Shown: positions 1-13,377 of the stretch, one piece after another
How the letters are laid out: every line of letters starts with the position of its first letter
Position numbering within the stretch: position 1 is the stretch's first letter
From: Octopus vulgaris
Taxonomy: Eukaryota
DNA: 64,000 bases
Assembly: GCA_951406725.2 (NCBI GenBank)
Contig: OX597829.1
Coordinates: forward strand, 248,001 to 312,000
Direction: 5' to 3'
Program-made: the position numbers and the translations under genes
The notes under the pieces: model-generated
Seen by the model: the letters and a program-made list of their open reading frames with translations, nothing else
The model's database searches: none
Told to the model about the DNA's origin: nothing

Positions 1-279
1 CCTCCATAACGCCTCTTAATAGATTCTGCTCGTTTTGAGGTTTTAAAGCATAACATTGTTATTAATGCTATCTATAGAAGTATGCCAAACCACATCCCCG
101 CTTTATGTTTACGCGTCGCGATAAGTTCACTATTAACATTTCCTTTCACCCACTTCAAAGACACACACTTTATTAGAATGTGCTGATGTTTTCAACCAGC
201 TAATCATATCGCTATTACTTGACCATTGCAAGCCTTTGTAGTTGCTTCTACCGTTTTTATTTCGTTGTTTTATCATCAT

Positions 280-1035
280 CATTATTATTGTTGTTCTTGT
301 TGTTGTTCTTGTTGTTGTTGTGCTTGTTCTTTATGTTCTAGTGGTTGTAACATTTTTGTTTGTTGTAGTTATTGTTGTTGTTGTTTTTAGATGTTGTTGC
401 ACTTTTTCTCTCTCTCTCTCTCCTTTCTTGTTGTCACTGTTAATCTCGTTGTTTTTGTTGTTGTTGTTGCTGCTGCTGTTGTAAATTTTTTTCTACTGCT
501 GCAGCTTGCTGCTAATGGCGATGATGTTGATGACGACGACAACGATAATGATGACGATGATGATGATGATGACGATGATGATGATAATGACGGTGATGCT
601 GCTGCACTTAATGATGATGATGATGATGGTGATGATGACGATCATGATGATCATGATGATGGTAATGATGACGATCATGATGATCATGATGATGATGATG
701 AGAGTGATGATGATGATGCTGGTGAAGGTGCTCTAATAGCGATGATGTTGAGGACGACGACGACAATGATGATGATGATGCCGATGCTGATGAGGGTGCT
801 CTTGCTGCTGCTGTGTGCTCCTGCTGTTGCTGCTGCATGTGCTGCTATTATTTGTTCGGTTGCTGATGTTAATAGTGATGATGATGATGATGAAACTGTT
901 TTATAGCTGACAATTAAGGCGGCTGCTCCTGCTGCTGTTAAGTTGCTCTTCATCTTGTTTCTCTTATTGCTATTTGCTGCTGCTAATGAATGTGGTATTG
1001 ATGCCACTGCCGCTGCTGCCGCTGCTGCTGCTGCT
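280..1035. repeat. Compound trinucleotide microsatellite (GTT)n/(GAT)n/(GCT)n
   Basis: Direct reading; explains the poly-V/D/M/H/A ORFs in the track. Confidence 0.9.
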
Positions 1036-1315
1036 ACTCCAGGCAGCTTATTCCTAAATGAGCCCCCGTTGCGAAGAACGATGCCACTCAAATCACACGT
1101 TAGCTTTGGCGCTTCCATAATTATACACTGATTTGCTTTCTTTTAAGTTTAATTCTACCTACCCAACACTTTTCTAACCCTCGTCTCTCCTTCACCATCC
1201 GCCCCACTCATCCCTCTCCACCCCCCTCTCTCTCTCTCCATCGATCACCAAATAACTATTAAATACCTGATTGAACGCTCAATGCTCTTCATTTTACATA
1301 ACATATTTTTCTGTA

Positions 1316-1712
<397 letters not shown>

Positions 1713-1987
1713 TTTTTCTTTTGATAATTTAATATTTTCGTTCTTTGTTTTTATAATATAATTTTTGAAAAGATTTCTTTTCTAAATTATGGAGAAATTT
1801 TATTTATATATTCGTTTATTCTTTATTTGTTTGTTTGTTTGGTTTCGATTTATTGTGCAAAGTCCTTCATTTGCTAAATTGCAACGTATAATAAACGGCT
1901 GTGGTTTCACTTGAGTACGTAACAGATTAACAAGAATATTTTATATGTATGTACACGCACACGCACACCCGTACACGCGCGCGCGCA

Positions 1988-2337
1988 CACACCTACAAAT
2001 ATACAAACCTAAATATATATGTTCACACACACACAAATATAGATATGTATGTATATACTTGTGTGTGTGTATATATATGTATGTATATCTGAATGTGCGT
2101 TTATCCATATATATGTATATGTCTATGTATGTATGTGTGTGTGTATATATATGTATGTATGTATATATGCATGTATATCTATAAGTATGTTTATATATAC
2201 ATATATATACATATAAATGTGTGTGCGTATATATAAATATACACACACATACACACTCATACACACCTACAAATATACAAACCTAAATATATATGTACAC
2301 ACACACACATATAGATATGTATGTATATACTTGTATG

Positions 2338-2388
<51 letters not shown>

Positions 2389-2565
2389 ATCTGCATGTGC
2401 GTTTATCTATATATATGTATATTTCTATGTATGTGTGTGTATATATATGTATGTATATATGCATGTATATCTATATGTATGTTTATATATACATATATAT
2501 ATACATATAAATGTGTGTGCGTATATATAAATATACACACGCACACATACACACTCATACACACT
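1988..2565. repeat. Tandem duplication (~275-300 bp unit) of a complex (CA)/(TA)/(TATG) low-complexity block
   Basis: CACACCTACAAATATACAAACCTAAATATATATG starts at ~1989 and again at ~2263, and the downstream text is co-linear. Confidence 0.8.
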
Positions 2566-3051
2566 CACACACGCATAGCTCCTACATGCACACGGAATCA
2601 AGCTCGCAGATGAGTATGTATGTGTTTATGTGTGTATGTATGTGTATTTAGATATGTAGATACATGCTCACAAATTAGAGATTTTAAGCTTACAGAGACT
2701 CTTACATAGAGTTCCCGCTTTGCTTACCTGGTTTGCTTAATTGAATACCTGTGTCACATATTTCTCTTCCTCATTCACTTTCTACCAGTATCTACCCGTT
2801 CCTCTGTATGTGTGTATCTCTCTCTCTCTCTCTACATACATTGATACACACACACGCACACATGTATATATGCACATATATATATATATTCATATATATG
2901 TATATGCAAACTCATATGAAAGCATTTATCTTTATACATAATCTAATATAGAAATATTTGTCTGTATATGTATAAATACGCATGTATAAATAAATATCAG
3001 AAATATATAGACAGACAGACTCACAGATATATAGATATGAATAAAATTATA

Positions 3052-3590
3052 CTGTGTGGTAAGTAGCTTGCTTACCAACCACATGGTTCCAGGTTCAGTC
3101 CCACTGCGTGGCACCTTGGGCAAAGTGTCTTATACTATAGCCTCGGGCCGACCAAAGCCTTGTGAGTGGATTTGGTAGACGGAAGCTAGAAGAATCCTGT
3201 CGTATATATGTATATATATATAACGGGAAGGTTTACGAAAATAAACAAAAGACGAAGGCAGGTTTACGAAAATAAACAAAAGACGAAGGCAGGTTTACGA
3301 AAATAAACAAATGTATGTGTGTGTGTGTGTGTGTCTGCTCGCGCATGTGTGTGTGCGTGCGTGCGTGTGTGTGTGTATGTTTGTATGTCTGTGTTTGTCC
3401 CCCCAACATCGCTTGACAACCGATGCTGGTGTGTTTACGTTCCCCGTAACTTAGCAGTTCGGCAAAAGAGACCGATAGAATAAGTAGTAGGCTTACAAAG
3501 AGTAAGTCCTCGGGTCGATTTGCTCGACTAAAGGCGGTGCTCCAGCATGGCCCCAGTCACATGACTGAAACAAGTAAAAAAAAAAGAGCA
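3052..3590 (+). mobile_element. tRNA-derived SINE, family B, with internal microsatellite
   Basis: A-box-like CTGTGTGGTAAG, B-box GGTTCAGTCC, body CACCTTGGGCAAGTGTCTT..., A-rich tail; the same family recurs at ~9219, 18805, 19220, 28198, 28745, 29275, 31520 and 50905. Confidence 0.85.
3229..3311. repeat. 31-bp tandem repeat x2.7 (AGGTTTACGAAAATAAACAAAAGACGAAGGC), related to the Penelope-like end at 28357/29190
   Basis: Units at 3229, 3260 and 3291; similar to GTTTACGAAAAAAACAAAAGACGGAGACAGG at ~28365. Confidence 0.75.
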
Positions 3591-3961
3591 TACATACATA
3601 CGTTCCTTTTTAGTGATGAAAATAGGTAGTTGTGCCGAATAGCAATCTATATAGTTAATTTAACGTGAATATTCTGAAAGGAAGTCACAATACTGCGATG
3701 TTCATCACGAGAAGACATCTCGTGTAAACATATAGTGTTAAAATGCACAAGAACCTGACTGCATTACGATGGAACTACGTTTATTTGTAATTCTTCCACT
3801 TCTAAATCTATTTCTACATCCGTTCATTAACAGTATATACAATCAAGAATGCTCGATATATTTAAATTAAGACTTTCCAATATGATCCATCGATCCATCT
3901 TATACATCCATGTATTTAGTCGACTATCTCTCAGTCTGTTTGTAAGCTGAGTATACATGAG

Positions 3962-4240
<279 letters not shown>

Positions 4241-5003
4241 CATCTTTCCTATTGGCGGCTGTCGGTTTATTCTACCTTAAGCTTTCTCTTAAGTTATATT
4301 ATTTATTTAGGCTTTCCTCTGAGTAAGGTAAAATATAATGATTTATCGTCACTTATACTAAAGTGTTATCATTGTATCTTTAACCCTAACTGCAGTTGTA
4401 ACGTCATATAGACGCATGGAACGCTAACTCAACGACCATGTATGTTGAATATTTTAATCGTGTCCTTTAAACCGCTATAAGAAACATAAAACAAAGATTA
4501 CAGAAATGCATATTTATCTATGCTCAGTTGAAAAACAAACGTGAAGAGAAACATATGCTTTTTAATTATTTATTTAGATAGATATAACATTTTATATTTA
4601 CTTACAAGAAGAAAGATAACTTAGTCGTGAAGAAAAACGACTTTAAATTCCTTAGCTAATTTCTTTTTCTATCTAATACGTTAACCAACAAATCAAAATA
4701 GATTTGTGATTAACGTAGACCTGGTATAAAAATTTACCGATGTCTCCAAAAGAGTGAGTGTCGTGTAGTTGAATGACTACCAACGAACACTAAAGTCTCT
4801 CCCCAAATCCAGGGTTTTTATAACTGCTCAACCTGATCAAAAAGAATCGAAATTCAGGACAAACATTCTTCTAGAATCCTTATACGAGCAGTTACACTAA
4901 CCAATGGGAAAAGAACGAAAATGACAATTCCTCGGCAAAGACATTACGTCATATTGCCAATTCGCGCCACATTTCAAAATGGCTAAAATGGCTATTGCTA
5001 CAC

Positions 5004-5113
<110 letters not shown>

Positions 5114-6198
5114 ATGGCACCGCGAGTGTCGCGTTGCTCTCAAGCAACTCTGCCGTCCTGGGTCGACCTTGAGTGACTTCAACACAACCAAAGCATTCTA
5201 TAGGGGTTTAGTGGAGGGGAGGTACGACGACGAGCTCGGGGCGAACCTGGACGTCGACGAGGAGTACCTGACCCGCCTGTTCAGGACGACTTTCGGGCCA
5301 GGGCCCATGGACAACTTCCAGAGATCCCTGGCCTGGCAGTGCTACCGAGAAGCGCTACCCGTTCGGGATAAGCTCTACAGACACGGCTCGAGAAACACGG
5401 GGCCGACCTGCCCGAGATGCGGTCAGAGCGACGAAACCGTTCTGCACGCACTCGTGCAGTGTCCAACAATTTCCGACCTGTGGGCTTATGTCGAACAACT
5501 GCTGTCACGTGTGGGACGAGTCGGTTTATCAGCTGAGTCTATCGTCAATATTGTCATGCCTCCTTCCTTCAAACGGGAAGGAAGAGCTATTTTCATCATC
5601 CTTGTGGCTATGGCGAAAGAATGTATCTGGTGGACGCGTCTGAAAGGATTGGAGACAAACACTTTCCTCTCTGGTCAATCTCTCATCAACTTCTTCAAGT
5701 ACCACTTGAAAAGGAAAGTGAGAGTAGAGAGGCAAGTTTTGTCTAGCGAATGTTTTAAAAAAAGATGGGTGAATGTAGCAAGAATGGCACGTATGAATGA
5801 CGAAGCCACCTTGAGCATGATCCTATGAACCCAGAAATTGAAAACAGAGACTTGCTTATTCGCAAAAAAAAACAAAAAGAAATATAATATGTGACTCCAT
5901 TGACCGAGGTTACCGTGGTCTTTTCCGTAGGCTTTTCTTTCCACGGGTAAGCCTCACCTGTCCTCCCCTTTACACTTCATATTGACATTTCTGTGATAAC
6001 GATCCCTATTGATCAATTTTTTTTTTTCCTCTCCCCCTTTTTTTTAACCCCCTTTTTTTTGTCCTCTTTCTCTCCTTTTACGATCCCTTTTGATCGAAAC
6101 TCCCTCTTCCTTTTTTTTTTTTTTAAACCTTCAAAAGAAAAGCTCTACCTTGTAATTTGTTCTATCTGTGTGCAGCCCTGTGTGGCTAATAAAGAAAC
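5114..6198 (+). mobile_element. 5'-truncated Tx1/L1-clade non-LTR retrotransposon (ORF2 C-terminus + 3' UTR) inserted in (TATC)n
   Basis: Frame ending at 5828 encodes a zf-RVT-like region (LAWQCYREALPVRDKL...CPRCGQSDETVLHALVQC); T-rich 3' UTR; AATAAAGAAAC end; (TATC)n on both sides. Confidence 0.85.
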
Positions 6199-6199
6199 A

Positions 6200-6258
<59 letters not shown>

Positions 6259-6413
6259 TTATTTATTTATCTATCCATCTATCTGTCTGTCTGTTAATCT
6301 GTCTGTCTGGCTATCTATCAATCTATCTATATATCTGTCTATCTATCTATCTATCTATCTATCAATCTATCTATCTATCTGTCTATCTATCTATCTGTCT
6401 ATCTATCTGTCTG

Positions 6414-6525
<112 letters not shown>

Positions 6526-7021
6526 CTTCTATCTATCTATCTATCTATCGATTTATCTGTCCGTCTTTCTGTCTTTTCATCTGTCTGTCTGCCTGTCAGT
6601 CTATCGCCCTATATTCAGTGGAATTTCCAATGAAACTCACCAAACACCTTATGACAAATGAAAAAACAAAATACGAAAAGAGTATGGTATGCGAAAATAA
6701 ATGAAATAAATATTAATTCTCCTTTTTTTTCAGGGTCATAATTTCCGTTATTTGAAGTCTATGTGTAGAATCAAACCTTTAGAAAATAAAACAAAATAAA
6801 ATAAAATAACATAATGTTCCATGAGCCATGAAGTACCTCACTGGCGACTCAGTACGCTACTTTCATAACAATACTTTTCTGATGATTTATATACAGTGTA
6901 TATTTCTGCTGTTATCCTTCATGGAAACACGAATCACATCACTGTTCCGTATCGTCCAGTCTAATATAACTTTCATATATCGGCTTCCAATTTTGGTACA
7001 AGGCCGGCAAGTTCGGGGTTA

Positions 7022-7594
7022 TCATCATCATTGTTCGACTGTGGTCGAGACAATGGAATTTACTATGTTACGCCAGACTTCACGGTCCATCATAGCATTA
7101 CGGAGGTCCTGTTGCTGGATGCCTGTATCCCTGGAGATTACATCAGGGTAGGAGAGTGTGCGCCCTCTGGTATCGCAAGTAGATGGCTTCCAGAGGAGAA
7201 GAGCAGAAATTACCTCGTTTTCAGCTCTACAACAATGTCCAGCAAACTGGACACTTCTACCTTTCACAAGAGATGACACAGGTGGTAGTTTCCCATATAT
7301 TTGTACTTTGGTTGGATGACGCTTCCACGAGAGATTTTAAGCTCTCATGAGGAGGCGAGTGTAAGTTCCATCCAACCGCCTCTCAAGCTTCTTTGATAAC
7401 ATCCAGGTTTCTGAACCATATAGTAGAATTGGTTCGTCTGTGGCTTTGAAGATTTCAAGTTTGAAATCTCTACTTAGATTTGATGACCAGATCTTATGTA
7501 TATCATTACAGGCTGACCAGGCCATACCCTTTCAAGTTAGAAAATCTTTTCCAGATGATGATATGTATGATCTAAGATATTTCTAATCAGAAAC
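7022..7594 (-). mobile_element. 5'-truncated RTE-clade LINE fragment (degenerate) with (TGA)n tail, nested in a SINE
   Basis: Minus-strand KYLxSYI...PILLYGSETW...LDGTYTRLLMRA...FAGHC...DREVWR motifs with in-frame stops; SINE-A head at 7597-7740 and SINE 3' remnant at ~6985-7021. Confidence 0.85.
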
Positions 7595-7596
7595 CA

Positions 7597-7740
7597 GATT
7601 TAATAGTACTTATTTTATCGACCCCGAAGGACGAAAGGCAAAGTCGACCTCAGTAGCATCTGAACTCAGAAAATAAAGACGAACAAAATACTGCTAGGCA
7701 TTTTACCCGGCCTGCTAACGATTCTGTCAATTTGCCGCCT
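7597..7740 (-). mobile_element. tRNA-derived SINE family A (5' part)
   Basis: Reverse complement of AGGCGGC..TGACAGAATCGTTAGCA...GTCGACTTTGCCTTTC...GGGGTCGATAAA. Confidence 0.8.
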
Positions 7741-8377
7741 TTGTAACTTTCATATATTCAAAGGAAAACATATCATAAAACGAACGACATTATTTAACCA
7801 ATATTCCTTTCTGCAAATCACTTACTCTTTGCGCCAGAGAGCACCAGCTAATTCTTCATCATGATTAGAATGCTTCAAACACACATGTATCAGACTTTGG
7901 TTACAACCAACCAAACACTACCCACTTCTATACATAAATTTGCTTGCAGACCCATATGCAAAAAAAAAAAAGAAAGAAAGAAAAAGACTAATACTACTAC
8001 TAACTAACATTCTCAAAAATCCAAGAATTTGTGTCTAATCTTAGACAAGTAGCATGATGTGGCAGAATGCCGAATTAACTTTCAGCATGATATAAGAATG
8101 GTATCAATTTTTTTTTCTTCTTTTACTTTTTTCTTCTTCTTCTGCTCGGCATGATAATGCTAAGTGTAGTAATACAAGTAGATAAATGTGTCTAGTTGAA
8201 GGACACGAGGCAATGTTTATTATTGGTGTTTGAATGCATTAATATATCGCCCTTGAATTTTGCACATAAATCATTTATTTCGGCTCTATACGTTTCTCAC
8301 CAAATCGCCCACACTTCCAAATATCTTTTTTTCTCCTTTCCTCTTTTTCGCTTTTCCCTCTTTATAAAGATATATAA

Positions 8378-8447
8378 TGTGTGTGTGTATGTGCATGTGT
8401 ATGTATTTATTTATTTATGTATGCATGTATGTATGTATGCATGTATG

Positions 8448-8484
<37 letters not shown>

Positions 8485-8543
8485 GTATATATATGTATAT
8501 ATATATATGTATATATATATGTATATATATATGTATATGTTTA

Positions 8544-8605
<62 letters not shown>

Positions 8606-8641
8606 TACACACATACCTACCCATCTATCTGTATACATACA

Positions 8642-8677
<36 letters not shown>

Positions 8678-8720
8678 TATATATTCTGATATAGAAATAT
8701 ATATATATGTATGTGTATAA
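8378..8720. repeat. (TA)n/(TATG)n microsatellite
   Basis: Direct reading. Confidence 0.9.
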
Positions 8721-9424
8721 ATACATTTGTATAAATATCATACATTAGTAAATATATACACAGACACACTCACAAATACATATGTATGCATGCATGCATT
8801 CTAATATGGAACGAGTTTGCGCTTATAAATATAAATTATGTATGTGCGTGTGTGTGTGTGTGTGTGCATGTTTACATGTATATTTTTATGCACTCACTTC
8901 TTTAAGTATACATACATGTAACTGTATCCAGTGCCTTTACTAACAACATTGGCAAACCATTATATATAAATAAGCAATCACAGCTGTGAAATTACACTCC
9001 AGTTAACCTTTCCGACATTATGCGCATGTCATCAGCTGCGTTCTCTCCTTCAGTATAACCAGAATTCAAACACCGTTACTTCCTCCATAGTAAATTGCAG
9101 CTGGCCAGACTACAGTATCCTAAAATAGACGGACTTGAATTCGTAGGGATAAGCTATTATATACATACATGTACACACACACACACACACACACAAATAT
9201 ATATATATTTATATATATAGGCGCGGACATGGGTGTACGATAAGAACTTTGCTTCCCAACCGCGTAGTTTTGGATTCGATCTTAATACGCGGGCAAGTCT
9301 ACTATAGCTCTAGGTCGACTGAAACCATGAGAGTGGATTTGGTGGAGGGAAACTGTAAGAAGCCCGTCGAGTGTGTGTATATGTATATGTATATATATAT
9401 ATACACACACTGTCTATGTATAAT

Positions 9425-9730
9425 TGTCTATATATCTACCCTCTTTATAATGTTGGCAAATGAAATAAGTATGAAAATGTACATTGTCCATTTAATTAAA
9501 ACATTCTATATGTGGCTGAAGATTGCTTTACATTTTAAAACTGATGTAATACTTACATTGTTTAATAAAATGAAGTAGCATGAAACGATTGTACTACACT
9601 ACCTTGGATATCCTTGTTGCTTATTTTGATTATAATCCCCCCATTTGATTTATATGGATAATACCACACCAAATTCTGGTACCTTTAACTTAAGTACTAT
9701 ATTCATCTGAATCTAAATTTTGCTGAACTT
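9425..9730 (+). mobile_element. Non-autonomous Penelope-like/retrozyme element (long-stem-II hammerhead family) inserted in the microsatellite of a SINE-B
   Basis: Closely similar to 46795-46997 and 25990-26163; ends in (TA)n; splits a SINE-B (5' half ~9219-9380, 3' half ~9760-9960). Confidence 0.7.
9512..9597 (+). ncRNA. Type I hammerhead ribozyme motif with extended stem II
   Basis: Stem I GTGG/CTAC; core CTGAAGA; ~59-nt stem II (TGCT..CATTTTA..TGTAA-TAC-TTACA..TAAAATG..AGCA); GAAAC-GATT-GTA cleavage triplet. Confidence 0.7.
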
Positions 9731-9974
9731 ATATATATATATATATATATATGCGCGCTCCCATGTGGTTGTGTGTGTGGGTATGTGTGTGTGTTGGTTT
9801 ATTTACGTTCCTGTAATCTTGCGGTTCAGCAAAAGAGACCGATAGAATAAGCATCGACCTTTAAATTATTAAGTACCAATGTCAATTTTGTCGGCTAAAA
9901 TCCTCCAAGGCGGCGCTAAAGTACGACTGTAGTCTAATGACTGATCCAAGTAAAAGATACCAACCCGTGAATTA

Positions 9975-10190
9975 TTACGAGCAGGAAGAATCGTTAGCGC
10001 GCCAGGCGAGATGCTTAGCGGTATTTCACCCTTCGCTACGTTCTCAGGTTCAAATTCCGCCGAGGTCGACTTTGCCTTTCATCCTTTCGGGGTCGATTAA
10101 ATAAGTACCAGTTACGCACTAGGGTCAATGTAATCGACTTGAACCCTTTCCCAAATTTTGAGGCCTTGAGATTCCAGTAGAAATGATTAT
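9975..10190 (+). mobile_element. SINE family A with (ATT)n tail
   Basis: GAATCGTTAGCGCGCCAGGCG...GGTTCAAATTCCGCCGAGGTCGACTTTGCCTTTCATCCTTTCGGGGTCGA. Confidence 0.85.
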
Positions 10191-10204
10191 TATAATTATT
10201 ATTA

Positions 10205-11716
10205 TTTTTTTTTTTTTCTTCTTTCAAATTTGCTTCCATTTCTTGTCAAGTGTCTTCCCGACTCGTAGGGCAAAGAAACTCATAGTATACATTGGTAGGC
10301 CATTAAACCAAACTCAATAGTTCGTTCATTAAAAAAAAATTTTTTTTTTAAGTTAAATTAAAATACATGAGCAGCAACAGTTCTCACATCGACAATGCTC
10401 TTCTCAATACGTGTGATGTACCAGTTAAGACAATATTTTGCACTTCTTGCAGGGATGGTAAGCCAGGGATCATTCTCATATAATTTTCGGTTCCCTTCTT
10501 GATCATTCCTAGTGCTCCTACGATCACTGGTATTGTAATCGCCTTGAGATGCCTCATTTTCTCAATTTCAATGAGCAGGTCTTTATATTTTCTGAGCTTG
10601 TCAAACTCTTTCGCCGAGATATTATGATCACAGGGGATGCTCATGTCGATCAATAAGCAAACTTTATTGTTTTGGTCTTTCACAACAATATCTGGTTTAT
10701 TGGCTTTGATGGTTCGGTCTGTATGTACTGGAAAGTCCCACAGAATCGTTACATTTTCTCCTTCAGTTACAGCTTCAGGGTGGTGATTATACCACTTGTC
10801 GGCAGTTTTGATATTGTAATGCCGACTTATTAGCCAGTGTAGATATTGGCCAACTCTGTCATGTTTTAATTTATACTCCACTGGTGCTAAGACTTTACAT
10901 TCAGAGATTAGGTGGTCCACTGTTTCAATCATGTCGTTGCAGAATCGGCATTTTGGGTCTGCTCCATTTTTCATCATATTGGCCTGGTAGTTCCGGGTTA
11001 ATAGGCTTTGATCTTGAGCAGCCAGGATGAAACCTTCGCTCTCTGCTTTTAGCCCTGAGCTCCGTAGCCACTGATGGGTTTGCTTCTGGTCAACATCAGC
11101 TTGTTTGCTGCGGGCCACATATTTGCCGTGCAGAGTTTTCTCCTCCCACCTATCGGCCAATTGCTCGTGCGCTTTTTTCATTGCCATTATTTTCACCTTC
11201 TTTGCAACAATAGTTGCCGTACTTCCCTCGGGTTGTTCAGTTTGGGTATCCTGCACGAGATCAATAGCAAATTTTTTGCTTTCCTTTATGATAGAATGAA
11301 GCTTCTTTCGTCTCTCGTGATTTTCCACAAGCTTTAGCATCCAGTCATTCGTTATTTCGAGATATTTGGCCAGTTCAATTGTGGTTGTTTTGTAAGCTAG
11401 TTCAAATTGGATCAGGCCTCGACCTCCTTGGGCTCTTGGAAGGTAAAGGCGATCTACGTCTGCCTTTGGGTGGTACATCCTATTACAACTCAGCAGCTTG
11501 CGTATTTTCTTATCTATATTCTTTACTTCACTCATATTCCAGTTCAACACATTGTAGCTATAAGTAACAACTGGAACTGCTAGGGAATTTATAGCTAACA
11601 CCTTGTTACGTGCATTTAGTTCAGATTTCAGGACTGCACGAACTCTCCTATAACATTCCTTCCTGATCTTCTCTTTCATGCTTGCATGCTGAATACCAGA
11701 GCCTTCATTTATCCCT
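10205..11716 (-). mobile_element. R4/Dong-clade RLE-type non-LTR retrotransposon, 3' portion
   Basis: Open frame 10384-11716 plus a ~180-bp 3' UTR ending in poly(A)-(TAA)n. Confidence 0.9.
10384..11679 (-). CDS. C-terminal part of an R4/Dong retrotransposon protein (RT thumb, CCHC zinc knuckle, restriction-like endonuclease); 5'-incomplete
   Basis: RLYLPRAQGGRGL; CRFC...ETVDHLISEC; HDRV..YLHW; ILWDFPVHTDRTIKANKPDIVVKD...LIDMSIP...K.RKYKDL (PD..D..K RLE). No stops over 431 aa; the YADD-type RT core is absent. Confidence 0.85.
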   Translation of the reverse strand: MKEKIRKECYRRVRAVLKSELNARNKVLAINSLAVPVVTYSYNVLNWNMSEVKNIDKKIRKLLSCNRMYHPKADVDRLYLPRAQGGRGLIQFELAYKTTTIELAKYLEITNDWMLKLVENHERRKKLHSIIKESKKFAIDLVQDTQTEQPEGSTATIVAKKVKIMAMKKAHEQLADRWEEKTLHGKYVARSKQADVDQKQTHQWLRSSGLKAESEGFILAAQDQSLLTRNYQANMMKNGADPKCRFCNDMIETVDHLISECKVLAPVEYKLKHDRVGQYLHWLISRHYNIKTADKWYNHHPEAVTEGENVTILWDFPVHTDRTIKANKPDIVVKDQNNKVCLLIDMSIPCDHNISAKEFDKLRKYKDLLIEIEKMRHLKAITIPVIVGALGMIKKGTENYMRMIPGLPSLQEVQNIVLTGTSHVLRRALSM

Positions 11717-12420
11717 CGAGTGACGCTAACCCCTCTGATACTCGCAGCTTGTCACGAAACGTCGTTTCCGACTTACGTGTTTGTTAATTGAGACACCATT
11801 CATCGCTCATGGTGTTTAACGCTCGAGAAATTGTTCGTTAACCGATTTGTTCGCGATGAGAGACTTTCGTAAGCCAAGATGCGACTACATGATCATTTAA
11901 TGTCGTCAGTTTCGCTGTATTCAACCATATTTCGTAAAATACATTAGGGCAGCGGAGGACGCAGCGATTCTCTTTTCATACATATTGTTCTTGGCATCCT
12001 TTTGTCTCGGGAGACAATGGAGTTGCGCACAAAAAAAAAAAAAACAGTCTGGTTTTGTTTTGCGCAAGCCTGGGCTAGATGTAAGAAAATCTTGGGTTGC
12101 CCAACCGTTAGGATTCCTGTCTCGACCTTGCTGATGTAGTACAAAGGAGTGCAGAGCATTACGTTTGGCACCAGCTTGGCTGCAGGAGCTGCCAGAAGAG
12201 CGTCGAGTCGAACACTAAACTGCCTACGGGCTCCACACCGGATTTCTTTAAAAGTTGTCTCCTTTCCGTAACCCTGGATAGGGGCCCATACCGGGTACTG
12301 TCAGCCGGAGCCAGCCGAGCCCGGGGCTCGTGTCAGGTAGGGTCGTCACTCCCTGAAGTAGTGAAGAAAATCGCCACTTACTACATATCATTCATACATA
12401 GCCAGACAGGAAACCGTAAA
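11717..12420 (-). mobile_element. GC-rich segment probably representing a LINE 5' UTR joined to the R4 3' part
   Basis: Abuts the broken ORF end exactly; GC-rich and palindrome-rich; GGCAGCTCCTGCAGCCAAGCTGGTGCCAAACG resembles LINE 5' UTRs (from memory). Confidence 0.4.
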
Positions 12421-13297
12421 ACATTTGGGCAACTGCTCCACAGAGTAAGTCACTACGAAGTTGTTCGATTTGCTGAAAAAAGTAGCTAAATAGCTCTCTT
12501 ATACCACACATTATCATTTTCTTTTGAACGACTCGGGATATCTCTTTTTAAAAATGCAGTTAAGAAGTAAAAATTGAAAACGACAAGAAGGTTACGGTCG
12601 GAACGTATTCGGTTGTAAGTCTACTCTACCAGTCCTTATTTGAGGACCAAGCAAAACCACCACCACCAACAACAACAACAACAACAACAAAACGCTTATC
12701 GAGTGTAAAGAGAAAACGCAAAAGGATTTTAATCCTTTTGATGAAACCCGCTTGAGAGCCCCCCCAACTCCAGTCGTATAATACAAACTTCCTGTATTTT
12801 AAAGTAATCTAAATTTAACCTTCTTTACATCCAGATTCCACGTTAATTGAAATCCCGGAACACCAGCTTAAGAATGACAAAGTTAGTTTACTTACATTCT
12901 TCATTATTATTATTCAAAATTAAGCTGAAACAAAAAACAGACTAATTTCAACAGAAATATGGCAACGAAAGTGTTAAAGTGATCTAAATTAAAACACCAG
13001 CTTAATCATGACAAAATTTATTTTACTAAATGCTTCATTATTTTCGAAATTAACAGATTACAAAATGCATTGTTTCCAACACAAATATAGCAACAAAAGG
13101 TTTAAAGATATATACGTTACAGAGACGTCAAGTAGCTAAAAGTCATCCATTGAGGTACAATCAAATGAGCGCGAGTGTTTTGTCCTTATTTTTATTATTA
13201 TTATTTATTTTTCGTTGTTTAATCCTTTCTTCTGTGTAGTTTTGCTTTTGTTGTTTCGTTTTTATATCATTTATTTATTTATTTATTTATTTATTCA

Positions 13298-13377
<80 letters not shown>

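Noticed and set aside
391-906. Acidic poly-Asp protein
   Set aside because: (GAT)n microsatellite with no splice or domain support.
3229-3311. CRISPR-like 31-bp repeats
   Set aside because: Head-to-tail with no spacers, eukaryotic context, no cas genes.
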